From an uncultured Methanosarcinales archaeon (lineage in GTDB: Archaea; Nanobdellota; Nanobdellia; Woesearchaeales; UBA12501): DNA of 64,000 bases. Below the pieces are notes generated by a model. That model was not told where the DNA came from, ran no database searches, and saw nothing but the letters and a program-made list of their open reading frames with translations. How positions within the stretch are numbered: the first letter of the stretch is position 1; the number at the start of each line of letters is the position of its first letter. The stretch spans positions 69,583 through 133,582 of the forward strand of contig CAYFJX010000004.1 of the NCBI GenBank assembly GCA_964343705.1, read 5' to 3'. The position numbers and the translations under genes are program-made. Positions 9,631 to 18,177 of the stretch are shown here, one piece after another.

Positions 9631-9761
9631 TTTCTTGGGGTAAATAAGCCTTATTTATATGTTTTTCGTTTGTTGTCGGAAAAACGACAACTAATGTTTA
9701 AGTAGTTGATTGCCTCTTATTTGGTGTATATTTAGTTTATTATTGGAAAAAAGAGGTTATT

Positions 9762-10718
9762 ATGGCGCTTGAACGACTTATTTTGTGGAAACCCCTTCAA
9801 AAAACAACATTGGTCATGTATGCACTGGTGTTTTTTCTAGCCTTGCCTGCACCTAAACTAGCAACATTACTGCTGTTTGGTATTGTGGCGTTGTGGAGTC
9901 GAATTCCTGCAATGATGACTATGTTCACTCGTGACGTTGAAGTTGTTGACTTCTTTACTGTTATTATCGCAATCAATATGGGTGGCTTGGTTGCTGCATT
10001 ATTTGGCTCCTTACTTATTTTGTTTTCACGAATATTCGGGCCACTAGAAGATCTAGATTATACTATTAAGGAAAGTGTCTGCTTTTTTGTCGGTGCATTC
10101 TTTTCCTTAGCTGTGCATAACTTGTTTGGGAATGTGATGTGGACTATGTTTTCGTTCACGTTTATTAGGTATGGGTTTTATCCGGTGCTTGACTTGGTAA
10201 CAACACCGGGGAAAGTGTGGTTGACAGTAATAATTCTTGTGGTAAGTGCTCCTGTTGCCGTAATTTCAAACTTGTTGTTAGTGAACTTGTTTGGTGATGC
10301 GCTAGATGCGATTTTTGCAAAAGGGGCAGTACTAAGTTGGGAACTGTTGTTGTTTGTTACTGCTGTTATTGCTGGATTCTTTTTTGTGAGCAAATTTTTG
10401 TTTCGCGAAGAGCAGAAACGTGTAGAGTCTTATGGGGGTGATTTTGCAGAAAGCATGGCCAGTATTCCAGAACCGCATGAAGCATTGTTTAGTATGTTTA
10501 CCATTCCAGACGTCAACCCCTTCTTGTACGTCACACCAAATCTGTTTAAGGGATTCATGACAGTGATACTATTTATCCTTGTTCTTGTTGCAGGTTTTCA
10601 AACAGGTGTTACAGTCAACTGGGTGCAGATGGTATTCTTGCTGGTTAGTATCTATGCTGTTTTGTCGTCTGTAATCTGGGCGTTGAACAAAACAGTGGTT
10701 AAGAAAACATTGTATTAG
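9762..10718 (+). CDS. Polytopic membrane protein (about 8 TM helices), unknown function
   Basis: Hydrophobic helices throughout. No catalytic motifs recognised. Confidence 0.5.
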   Translation: MALERLILWKPLQKTTLVMYALVFFLALPAPKLATLLLFGIVALWSRIPAMMTMFTRDVEVVDFFTVIIAINMGGLVAALFGSLLILFSRIFGPLEDLDYTIKESVCFFVGAFFSLAVHNLFGNVMWTMFSFTFIRYGFYPVLDLVTTPGKVWLTVIILVVSAPVAVISNLLLVNLFGDALDAIFAKGAVLSWELLLFVTAVIAGFFFVSKFLFREEQKRVESYGGDFAESMASIPEPHEALFSMFTIPDVNPFLYVTPNLFKGFMTVILFILVLVAGFQTGVTVNWVQMVFLLVSIYAVLSSVIWALNKTVVKKTLY

Positions 10719-11071
10719 CTGCCAAGTTCAATTTCTATTTTCTTTTTGTCAACAGGAAAAATACGAGCTTGGTCTTTAACTTTAATCCCTGTAAATTTTG
10801 CAATTTCAGGGGGAATACGTACTACAAGTGAATTCCCTGACTTTCCAATATTAATTTTTTGATCAAGGCCAAAGAGTTTTTTCTTTTTTACTTCTTTTTC
10901 TATCTCTTCAAGTGTTGTGTCATCTAAGAATTCGCTATTGCATGAAGTACAGATTTCACATTCTCTTTCACCAAAGTCAATGCCAAAGAAGTTGACACTA
11001 CAAAAGCTTTTTTTTAATACTCCTCCGCAATTACAAGGATATTCACGTATTGTTTTTTCCATTTTTACCAT
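10715..11071 (-). CDS. Zn-ribbon + AbrB/SpoVT-like DNA-binding protein (putative antitoxin/regulator)
   Basis: Two Cys pairs (CNCGG...CEICTSC), then SLVVRIPPEIAKFTGIKVKDQARI, a swapped-hairpin AbrB-like motif. Confidence 0.5.
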   Translation of the reverse strand: MVKMEKTIREYPCNCGGVLKKSFCSVNFFGIDFGERECEICTSCNSEFLDDTTLEEIEKEVKKKKLFGLDQKINIGKSGNSLVVRIPPEIAKFTGIKVKDQARIFPVDKKKIEIELGS

Positions 11072-11304
11072 GTTTTTACTGTTATTGGATATATTTTTCT
11101 TACTTTTGCTTCCTTGTTGATGTATTCTTGATATACAATGGAATAATAGCGATGGAATGCTTCTGTAAGTCCTGTCTTTTTTTGTTTATGTTTTTGTCCC
11201 ATTTGTAATGCTGTGCGAACTTCATTCATTGAAATTCCTCGAAGCCACATACGTTCAAGTGCATGCTTTACTCTTTTATGTTCCCAATTGATTTTTAGTC
11301 TCAT
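11065..11304 (-). CDS. Small basic protein, possible toxin partner of 10715..11071
   Basis: 79 aa. Overlaps the downstream gene by 7 nt. No recognisable motifs. Confidence 0.35.
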   Translation of the reverse strand: MRLKINWEHKRVKHALERMWLRGISMNEVRTALQMGQKHKQKKTGLTEAFHRYYSIVYQEYINKEAKVRKIYPITVKTW

Positions 11305-11363
11305 GTATTACATGTAATACGCTGTAATTTATATAGTTTTCTGTTTTTTTTTTAAACATTGTA

Positions 11364-12059
11364 CTAATGATCTCTATTTCGAGCAAGTCTGTGTACATAC
11401 CTGCTTTGCCGTCCTAAGGGGGAAATCTCATCTTCCTCTGGAAGGTCAATTCCTTTGTACAATAGTCTGACCTGCCTCATGCCTTTTCCTTGCTTGTGCA
11501 TCTCAAGAACATTAACATATACATCCCCCACTAAAACATGGGGCTGCCAATGCACATCACTGTTTGCTTTAGTACCGGGGAATAAAATATCTCCTGATGG
11601 TTCGAGATGTCCTCTATGCAGGTGGAGAAATGCTCGACCACCGGGTTTTAAAACTCTATACGCTTCACGTATGGCACGTGCTTTGTCTACAACATACATT
11701 AATGCATAGGATGAGTATATGAGGTCAAAACTTCTTTTTGGAAATGGTAAATGGTGTGCATCAGCCTTAATACACTGTGCATCTTTATTTTGGCCATCAG
11801 GGTACGCAATATCAACACCTATTCCTTGCAGTCCTGGGAATTTCTTAACAAGGTCAGCAAGAGAATTTGCCTCACCGGTTCCTATGTCAAGAACACGTGG
11901 TTTGTCTATGGTTGCAAGAAATGCTTCCATGCGGTCTAAATTTTCTATACCGAGCGATTTATGTAATGTTGTCCATCCACGTTCTCGTCGTACGCCTGCA
12001 TCTTTCATCATTGCAATGCGTCGTTGGTTATCCTTTTCAAATTGTGTGTATGCAACCAT
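11364..12059 (-). CDS. Class I SAM-dependent methyltransferase
   Basis: Motif I is VLDIGTGEANSL, followed by IGVDIA and an acidic-loop pattern, consistent with a Rossmann-fold MTase. Confidence 0.7.
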   Translation of the reverse strand: MVAYTQFEKDNQRRIAMMKDAGVRRERGWTTLHKSLGIENLDRMEAFLATIDKPRVLDIGTGEANSLADLVKKFPGLQGIGVDIAYPDGQNKDAQCIKADAHHLPFPKRSFDLIYSSYALMYVVDKARAIREAYRVLKPGGRAFLHLHRGHLEPSGDILFPGTKANSDVHWQPHVLVGDVYVNVLEMHKQGKGMRQVRLLYKGIDLPEEDEISPLGRQSRYVHRLARNRDH

Positions 12060-12123
12060 ATCTGGTGGGGTGATTTCATCATATATAAGCTTTTCTATTT
12101 GTAATCACTAAGAAGTAGGTATT

Positions 12124-13809
12124 TTAGGCACTAAGTTTGTCGTCTTCATCTTCTTCAATATCATCAGCAAGTCGATCGAGGACAGTGGTTTCATCTTCTT
12201 CAGGGTGTTCATCCTCGGGCACTTCAGTATCTCCACCTGATGTATCTTCTATCTCACTATGTGCAGCCAATACGTGTCCAACCTCGTATTGCTCGGATCT
12301 TCTTTTAATGGCAGGCAAGGAGTGCATACAATGTCGTGCTCGTTCATCTAGAATGATGTATTTTCCTCCAAGAAATTCAGACGTCTCTGCTCGCTGCACA
12401 GTTGGATGGTGGTATCTATGCTTTAACATTGCAATAATCCCCTGGTCTAACTCGTCATGTGAAACAAATTTTCCTTCCTTGCTTGGAACCATACCGCCCC
12501 TTTGTAAACTGTACTTTGGCAAGAGCTCAAGTAATTCTCTACTCATCCATGGTTGGGGTGACACATGATACAATCCTTCAGCTTCTTGTATAAGTGTAAG
12601 TGCATCACCAAGTGGCATGTAAGCAAGCTCATCAAGATCAGGCAGCATGTCCTCTAAAACTTCTTCAACATATTGACCACTAAAATATAATGCACCCATA
12701 AACTCAACTGGTCTGCAACTAACAACAGCATCCTCAATTAAGCTTTCAGTAAACCGAACGCGGGACCGCTGAGCCTTATGGTGAACCAAATCAACAACAT
12801 CTGAAATAGTAAGTACATACATCTTCTGTATTAGCCCTTCATATGCTTCAACCAGTTTTGCCTTCGGTACAACAATCTTATCAGTTGGAGCAACAAACCC
12901 CATGACTTCTTTAAGTGCTTTGCGCATTGCCAGGCCAGAAATACCTGTGTCAACAGCATATTTTAACCTACGTGTTATCTGAGTGTATTCACTTGAATCA
13001 ATCAAATGTCCATAGTTGTCAAAAATCTCCCCACTGAGTTCACGTTCTTCTTCTATGTCATCAACAATGTCATCATCCATCTCACCCATACGTTCTTGTA
13101 ACTGCTTGTCTAATGAGGGGTCAGAAGTGCTTAGTGTCTTGTCAGTTTGTGCATGTGGATTCTTCGGTTTTCCAGCTTCTTCAATCGTTGCCCGCCTTTG
13201 TATTCGTCGTTCATTGTAGAACGTACTAACATCTAATTCACCTTCAACCTTTTTTTGTATTGTTCGTATTCTATCACCTTGTAAAAATTGCCGCTTCCGC
13301 AATGTAACTTGTTCTGTTGAATAAAAAAGAATTAATTCTGGATAGCTAGCATCCAAGACTTCCTCTGTGCCATTCCAGTGCTGGTATGTCCGAGGTATGC
13401 CAAGAGCAGCTGCTGCCACATCCTCAAGTAGAAAATCAAACTGGTCTGGACGTATCTTTCCATCTGTGACTGACAGTACTTCTCTTTCACCTAAATAATG
13501 AATACGCTCCTGCAAAAGACCAGGGGGGATTGGTACAAACCCAAGCTTAGGGATTTTCAAGGAATCAATTGGGATACTTTTCAATTGTTTTCCTAGTCCA
13601 GGGCTAAATCGTGTCAGTGCTGCCATTACTGATGCAGCATAATATGCAGTAGGCTTTCCAGGTTCTCGCAGCGCAAAAGCACCTTCAACATAAGGCAGAA
13701 GACCTTGCTCCTTTAATGTTTCTTCAGTTACTGTTTCCAGCGGCTGCCGAGAGTAAGCAAAACTCTTTGCATTGACCCCTGTTATAGTAACATCTAAAAT
13801 TTCTCCCAT
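12124..13809 (-). CDS. Hypothetical protein with a strongly acidic C-terminal tail; partner of the upstream GHKL ATPase
   Basis: 561 aa with no known motifs. C-terminus is DTSGGDTEVPEDEHPEEDETTVLDRLADDIEEDEDDKLSA. It is 93 nt downstream of the GHKL gene on the same strand. Confidence 0.5.
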   Translation of the reverse strand: MGEILDVTITGVNAKSFAYSRQPLETVTEETLKEQGLLPYVEGAFALREPGKPTAYYAASVMAALTRFSPGLGKQLKSIPIDSLKIPKLGFVPIPPGLLQERIHYLGEREVLSVTDGKIRPDQFDFLLEDVAAAALGIPRTYQHWNGTEEVLDASYPELILFYSTEQVTLRKRQFLQGDRIRTIQKKVEGELDVSTFYNERRIQRRATIEEAGKPKNPHAQTDKTLSTSDPSLDKQLQERMGEMDDDIVDDIEEERELSGEIFDNYGHLIDSSEYTQITRRLKYAVDTGISGLAMRKALKEVMGFVAPTDKIVVPKAKLVEAYEGLIQKMYVLTISDVVDLVHHKAQRSRVRFTESLIEDAVVSCRPVEFMGALYFSGQYVEEVLEDMLPDLDELAYMPLGDALTLIQEAEGLYHVSPQPWMSRELLELLPKYSLQRGGMVPSKEGKFVSHDELDQGIIAMLKHRYHHPTVQRAETSEFLGGKYIILDERARHCMHSLPAIKRRSEQYEVGHVLAAHSEIEDTSGGDTEVPEDEHPEEDETTVLDRLADDIEEDEDDKLSA

Positions 13810-13902
13810 CTGCCATAAGCTCCTGTGTTACACTACTTGTAGTGCTTCATGCTATAAATAAATACCTATTCTTGAATGCTAGCGGACTATACATTTCAAT
13901 CT

Positions 13903-16455
13903 CTAAACACGAACATGACCTAAAATAATATTTTCAGACTCAGCAACCCTTTGCATTGCATCAGCTTGATCCAGGCCACCTTGTATTAATGTGGCAACTG
14001 CATTGGTGAGAGGAAGATAGCCTAAGCTATCAAGCACAGCACTTCGGTCACCAGGCGTTTGTAACGCTTCCCCGGCATGGTCTAGCAAACGGTTGTACAA
14101 CATGTTTACATGCTTCCGTAACATACGAGGGTTGTTCACATTACCAAACATAACTCCACTTTTAAACCCAAACTCTACTAACTCTACGTCATCATCTGTG
14201 GTATATATTGTTGGATCAACTACAGTCATGTGTACTGACGCAGTTTGTTTTCCATAACAGAAAGAGCTTATTTCTAGACCATGTGCCAAAATTGCTGGTA
14301 CACCCTTGTTTGCTGAGCCAATCTGACGTAATCGTTGTCGAACTGCACTAATGTTTTTGCGTGTGTGTTCAGCAATCTCCTCTGCTGTAAGCACTGCATC
14401 AAGAGGGTATTCCTTTCCATTAAACACAACTCCTGTTGCATTAATTGCTCCTTTGTCAATAAGATCTTGAACATAGCGTTGTGTAAAATTATCACTGTAG
14501 GCACGCACTATGTCCAGTACAGCTTCATCTCCTTCTGTGTTTACATCTTCTAACTCATACCCTATAAGATTGCCTACTCTGTCCTCTTCAGGATCAAGCT
14601 CAACACTTGTTTTTCCTTTAAATCGTCGCTGATATGAAACAGGTAACTCATCAGTTAATGTTCCTTCTGCAAGAAGATGCACCAACTCTCCAAGATTTTC
14701 TTTAGGGAAGGTGTAAATTGGATGACTTCGAACTCTTGAAACATTCTTAACATACTTTGGCAGCTTTTTTGCTTTCTTAAGCTTTTCAATTTCTTTTGTT
14801 GCACGAGCCATGTGTGTTCTTCTAAAGTTAAATTCATCTGTTCCTTCTGGAACAGGCACATGTCGCACTCCTTCATGCAGAGTTACTTTGCCATCAAGGG
14901 TTTCAAGTAATGCTGACAAGTCCTTTCCTAAATATGTTTTTTCTCGGTATGGTTCAATAAGTCCTGCTTCTGCAAACCGTTTCAGCATCCACGCAGGATA
15001 CGTACGTGCTGTTGCATCACGCTGTTCATACAATCTATTGGGGTTTATGCTTTTTCTTGCTCTTTCTTGTTCTGGGGTTGTTTGTCCAGGTAAAATATTT
15101 GCCAGTCGTCGTCTTTCTCTACCACGTCCTATTTCCAGGTCAGTAAAAGCAGAAACTGCAGCTTCAGTTTTCTCATGGTCTTCAGATTCAAGTTTGCTAA
15201 AAGCAACAGCCATAACACCAAGTCTTCCAAGTACCCTGCGTGTTTCAGCTGGTCGATAGGTGGCAAGATCAAATGCTCTTGAAGTAGGATTAACATACAC
15301 AATACGAGCGCTTTCAGAAACATACAAAACTTTACCTGCATGCTCTTCACTGAACACAACTTTAAAAGGTGATCCTCCATCCATAAACTCACCCATCATA
15401 GCTTCTACAGTGGGTAAGTAATCAGTTAGTACTTCCTTACACTTTGCAATTTTGTTTTCTTTTACTTTGGCACTCATGTCACGGCGAGCTTGACGTAGAA
15501 CATCATGAATAATATCGCGTACTGCTCTTCCTTTTGCTGAAGCAAAAAACTGTTCACGGTCAATGGTGATGTACTCTTCTAAATCATCTACATGGACAAC
15601 ACCATAGATCCTGCTTTTAAGATCTTGTTCAGGAATAAGATCTTCGTTTTTTCCTCCAACAGCTCTATCGTTAACTTTTGTAAAAAGACCATTATCATCT
15701 CCAAGTTTTTTTGAAGCAAGAAAAATTGTTCCATGTACGTGGCCTGCCGCGGGATCATGAACATCAATGACATATTCAAGGGGTATCCCAAGATCTCGTC
15801 GTGGAACAAGATTATCATTCACGTATATCTCTGCTAACTTTCGAGGAAGTTCATCACGAAGAAGTCGCATTAAATTCATTTCATCAATGTATGTTTCGTC
15901 ATTGAGATCCATATCAAACAGTGTCAGGCGAGCACCATGTTTTTCAGGATTACATGGTTCCCTAGATACAACCAGTCTTTTTTCAATAGTGTCAGCATCA
16001 TCAAATGTTTCAGTGACTGTGTAGTGAGTACCTTCTTTCCATGACTCAACAGTCACTCCACCCCAAAATGCTCGTATACCAAGAACAGCAACACCAAATT
16101 TTCCTGTTCTCTTTCTTCCTTCTGGAGACAAGATTTCTTCTTTTTTGACACTATCGCCAATTCTTACAAATGATGTAAGACCTTCAACATCCATTCCTCT
16201 TCCGTTACCTTCAACAATCACCTTTCCTTCATCTTGATGCAGCCAGACTTTGTATACATCTGCATCTTCATCATGCTCATTTGAACCAAGTTCAAGAATA
16301 ATACGTTTAGGATGTTTAAAAAGTGATTTTCCCACAGTGACCATGAAGTCATCACCATAGGTGCGTTGGATAACTACATCTTCAAGTGTTTGATCTCCTG
16401 TGTTTGCAGCTGTGACTGCTTCTTCATGAGCCATGGATCTTAGTGTAGTAAGCAT
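13903..16455 (-). CDS. GHKL-superfamily ATPase (Bergerat fold; MORC/HSP90-like), 850 aa
   Basis: N-box ILELGSNEHDEDAD, G1 box VEGNGRGMDVEGL and G2 box GKFGVAVLG, in the canonical order within the first ~150 aa. There is no HisKA domain. Confidence 0.6.
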   Translation of the reverse strand: MLTTLRSMAHEEAVTAANTGDQTLEDVVIQRTYGDDFMVTVGKSLFKHPKRIILELGSNEHDEDADVYKVWLHQDEGKVIVEGNGRGMDVEGLTSFVRIGDSVKKEEILSPEGRKRTGKFGVAVLGIRAFWGGVTVESWKEGTHYTVTETFDDADTIEKRLVVSREPCNPEKHGARLTLFDMDLNDETYIDEMNLMRLLRDELPRKLAEIYVNDNLVPRRDLGIPLEYVIDVHDPAAGHVHGTIFLASKKLGDDNGLFTKVNDRAVGGKNEDLIPEQDLKSRIYGVVHVDDLEEYITIDREQFFASAKGRAVRDIIHDVLRQARRDMSAKVKENKIAKCKEVLTDYLPTVEAMMGEFMDGGSPFKVVFSEEHAGKVLYVSESARIVYVNPTSRAFDLATYRPAETRRVLGRLGVMAVAFSKLESEDHEKTEAAVSAFTDLEIGRGRERRRLANILPGQTTPEQERARKSINPNRLYEQRDATARTYPAWMLKRFAEAGLIEPYREKTYLGKDLSALLETLDGKVTLHEGVRHVPVPEGTDEFNFRRTHMARATKEIEKLKKAKKLPKYVKNVSRVRSHPIYTFPKENLGELVHLLAEGTLTDELPVSYQRRFKGKTSVELDPEEDRVGNLIGYELEDVNTEGDEAVLDIVRAYSDNFTQRYVQDLIDKGAINATGVVFNGKEYPLDAVLTAEEIAEHTRKNISAVRQRLRQIGSANKGVPAILAHGLEISSFCYGKQTASVHMTVVDPTIYTTDDDVELVEFGFKSGVMFGNVNNPRMLRKHVNMLYNRLLDHAGEALQTPGDRSAVLDSLGYLPLTNAVATLIQGGLDQADAMQRVAESENIILGHVRV

Positions 16456-16583
16456 CCTTAAAAAGATTCATGGTTTCTTGTATATACATGGGCTTGTTTG
16501 TATATGTTGGTAGTTCTTTTTCCACTTTCTGAGCCATGTTTGGAGAAACCTTTATAAACCAAATTCTTTCCCGAACAATGTAT

Positions 16584-16711
16584 CCCTCCATAGCTCAATT
16601 GGTAGAGCGCAGGGCTGTAGATAAACTCACCCACCGACTAGGCATATAGCCATGAATGAAAGTGGGACAGCCGATACCTTGAGGTTCCCGGTTCGAGTCC
16701 GGGTGGGGGGA
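16584..16711 (+). tRNA. tRNA-Tyr (anticodon GTA) with a 55-nt canonical intron (37/38) at 16621..16675
   Basis: Acceptor ccctcca/tgggggg (C1:G72). D arm gctc-aattggta-gagc. Anticodon stem caggg/ccttg with loop ctGTAg|intron|a. T arm cccgg-ttcgagt-ccggg. Discriminator A. Confidence 0.75.
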
Positions 16712-16856
16712 CTCTTATTTTTTTCTTATCGTTCCGAGAGGTTGAGCTTGCGAAACCTCTCATTGCATGCTAGGATGGTAAGGAGTGCAATCTCCTTACT
16801 CTTTGGTGGGGGGACTCATTTTCTTCTTATGGTTTTAAATACCATTACTAAATTCT

Positions 16857-18167
16857 GTGGACTATATGGCTGAGGATATACTAGAAGGTCGGTTAAAAGC
16901 ACTAAAAGGCAGCAGAGCTAGAAGACAGTTCCTTGAAGGACTATATGAAGAAGTGTGTAGACTAGAAGGTAATTTTAATTTTCCTTACATTGCTGTTGAA
17001 GCATTAGGTCAATTAGTACTGGATCTTACTAAGAAGCGGGAAAGAGGCAAGACCCCAACAGCAAAGAAGACGACTGTTGTGCTTAATACAACTCACTCTT
17101 TTAGATCCCAACCTGTTTTTGATACGCACCACAATCGGTTTGTATACTTTGCTCATTTTCTTGGAAACCAACACAGGCTTTACAATGATTCCTCTGGTAA
17201 TCCTGACCCCTCACCTTTGGAGGCAGTAGCACAAGTAGAAGGTAGAACCACCCGATACACGTTTCTAACTCCAGAGGGCTTACAGCAAAAAATATTTGAA
17301 ACAGATATGTATGAACCAGTACGGAGGATGCCCTCTTCAGTCTTTGCATCATCAGTAGGTGTAGCAACAAGAAAAGCAAACGCCAATGGCTCAATCAATT
17401 TCCGAAACGAATTATATGCCTTTGGCACTAGTCATAAAGGGAAAGATGTTCTTGTCTTTTACGCCCCAGGAGACAAATGCTACTTTTTTGATTTGTGGGG
17501 TGAGATGTTATTTGAGCGACTTAGTAATGAAGAGGTAATCCAACAGCGCAAGATACAAAAAATGCTTGCCATACAGGATGAGATGGAAGATCTTGATAGT
17601 CTTGATAGTAGCTCTGAGCTGCTTTATGCACAACTGAAAGAAGAATGGTCAAAAGATCCCCAAGAGTTTGCAACTCATTATGGTAGGACTTATGTTATAA
17701 CAGGGGAAGTACAAGGAACTATGAATGAGTTGGGAGAGGTTGGTTTTGCACACTTTCGAGACCAACACTTCCTTTCTCGAGTCCATGGAGCACGTGAACA
17801 TGCAGGTAAAGAAGCAAAGCTAGTTATACAAGGTCCATACATGACTGTTCATCATGAAGGGGAGATGATTAATGCTCATCGTCTTGGAGGTATCATTTAT
17901 TACACTAAAACAATGCGGCGGGTTAACAATGCTCACCTTGTTAATATCAGAACTGTTGGTAACACAAAACAACTCAAGCGTGATATCTCTGGTTCTCTTT
18001 ATCATTTCTCTATGCGTGCGTTTAAGAAAGAGTATTCTGGGGACCTTAAAGAAGCGCAAGCAGTGGGGATTATTGTTGACACACAACGAGAAAAGTATGA
18101 AGCTCTTATTATAGAAAAAGATGGTGCTTTTGTTAGTGTGCCATTGCAACTACATGCTGTGTATTAA
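16857..18167 (+). CDS. Hypothetical protein
   Basis: 436-aa ORF with no recognisable motifs. The true start may be internal. Confidence 0.4.
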   Translation: MDYMAEDILEGRLKALKGSRARRQFLEGLYEEVCRLEGNFNFPYIAVEALGQLVLDLTKKRERGKTPTAKKTTVVLNTTHSFRSQPVFDTHHNRFVYFAHFLGNQHRLYNDSSGNPDPSPLEAVAQVEGRTTRYTFLTPEGLQQKIFETDMYEPVRRMPSSVFASSVGVATRKANANGSINFRNELYAFGTSHKGKDVLVFYAPGDKCYFFDLWGEMLFERLSNEEVIQQRKIQKMLAIQDEMEDLDSLDSSSELLYAQLKEEWSKDPQEFATHYGRTYVITGEVQGTMNELGEVGFAHFRDQHFLSRVHGAREHAGKEAKLVIQGPYMTVHHEGEMINAHRLGGIIYYTKTMRRVNNAHLVNIRTVGNTKQLKRDISGSLYHFSMRAFKKEYSGDLKEAQAVGIIVDTQREKYEALIIEKDGAFVSVPLQLHAVY

Positions 18168-18177
18168 TAGAATGCAT

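Noticed and set aside
13903-16455. Possibility that the GHKL ATPase is topoisomerase VI subunit B with the downstream gene as subunit A
   Set aside because: The downstream 561-aa protein lacks Spo11/Top6A hallmarks (a catalytic-Tyr winged helix and a Toprim E...DxD). The ATPase is about 300 aa longer than Top6B and lacks its transducer signature.
16736-16798. Two perfect hairpins after tRNA-Tyr as a possible split-tRNA 3' half
   Set aside because: An aggag-tgcaatc-ctcct T-arm-like hairpin is present, but the following sequence does not form an acceptor strand complementary to any 5' half in the window. It is kept only as part of the att-like repeat observation.
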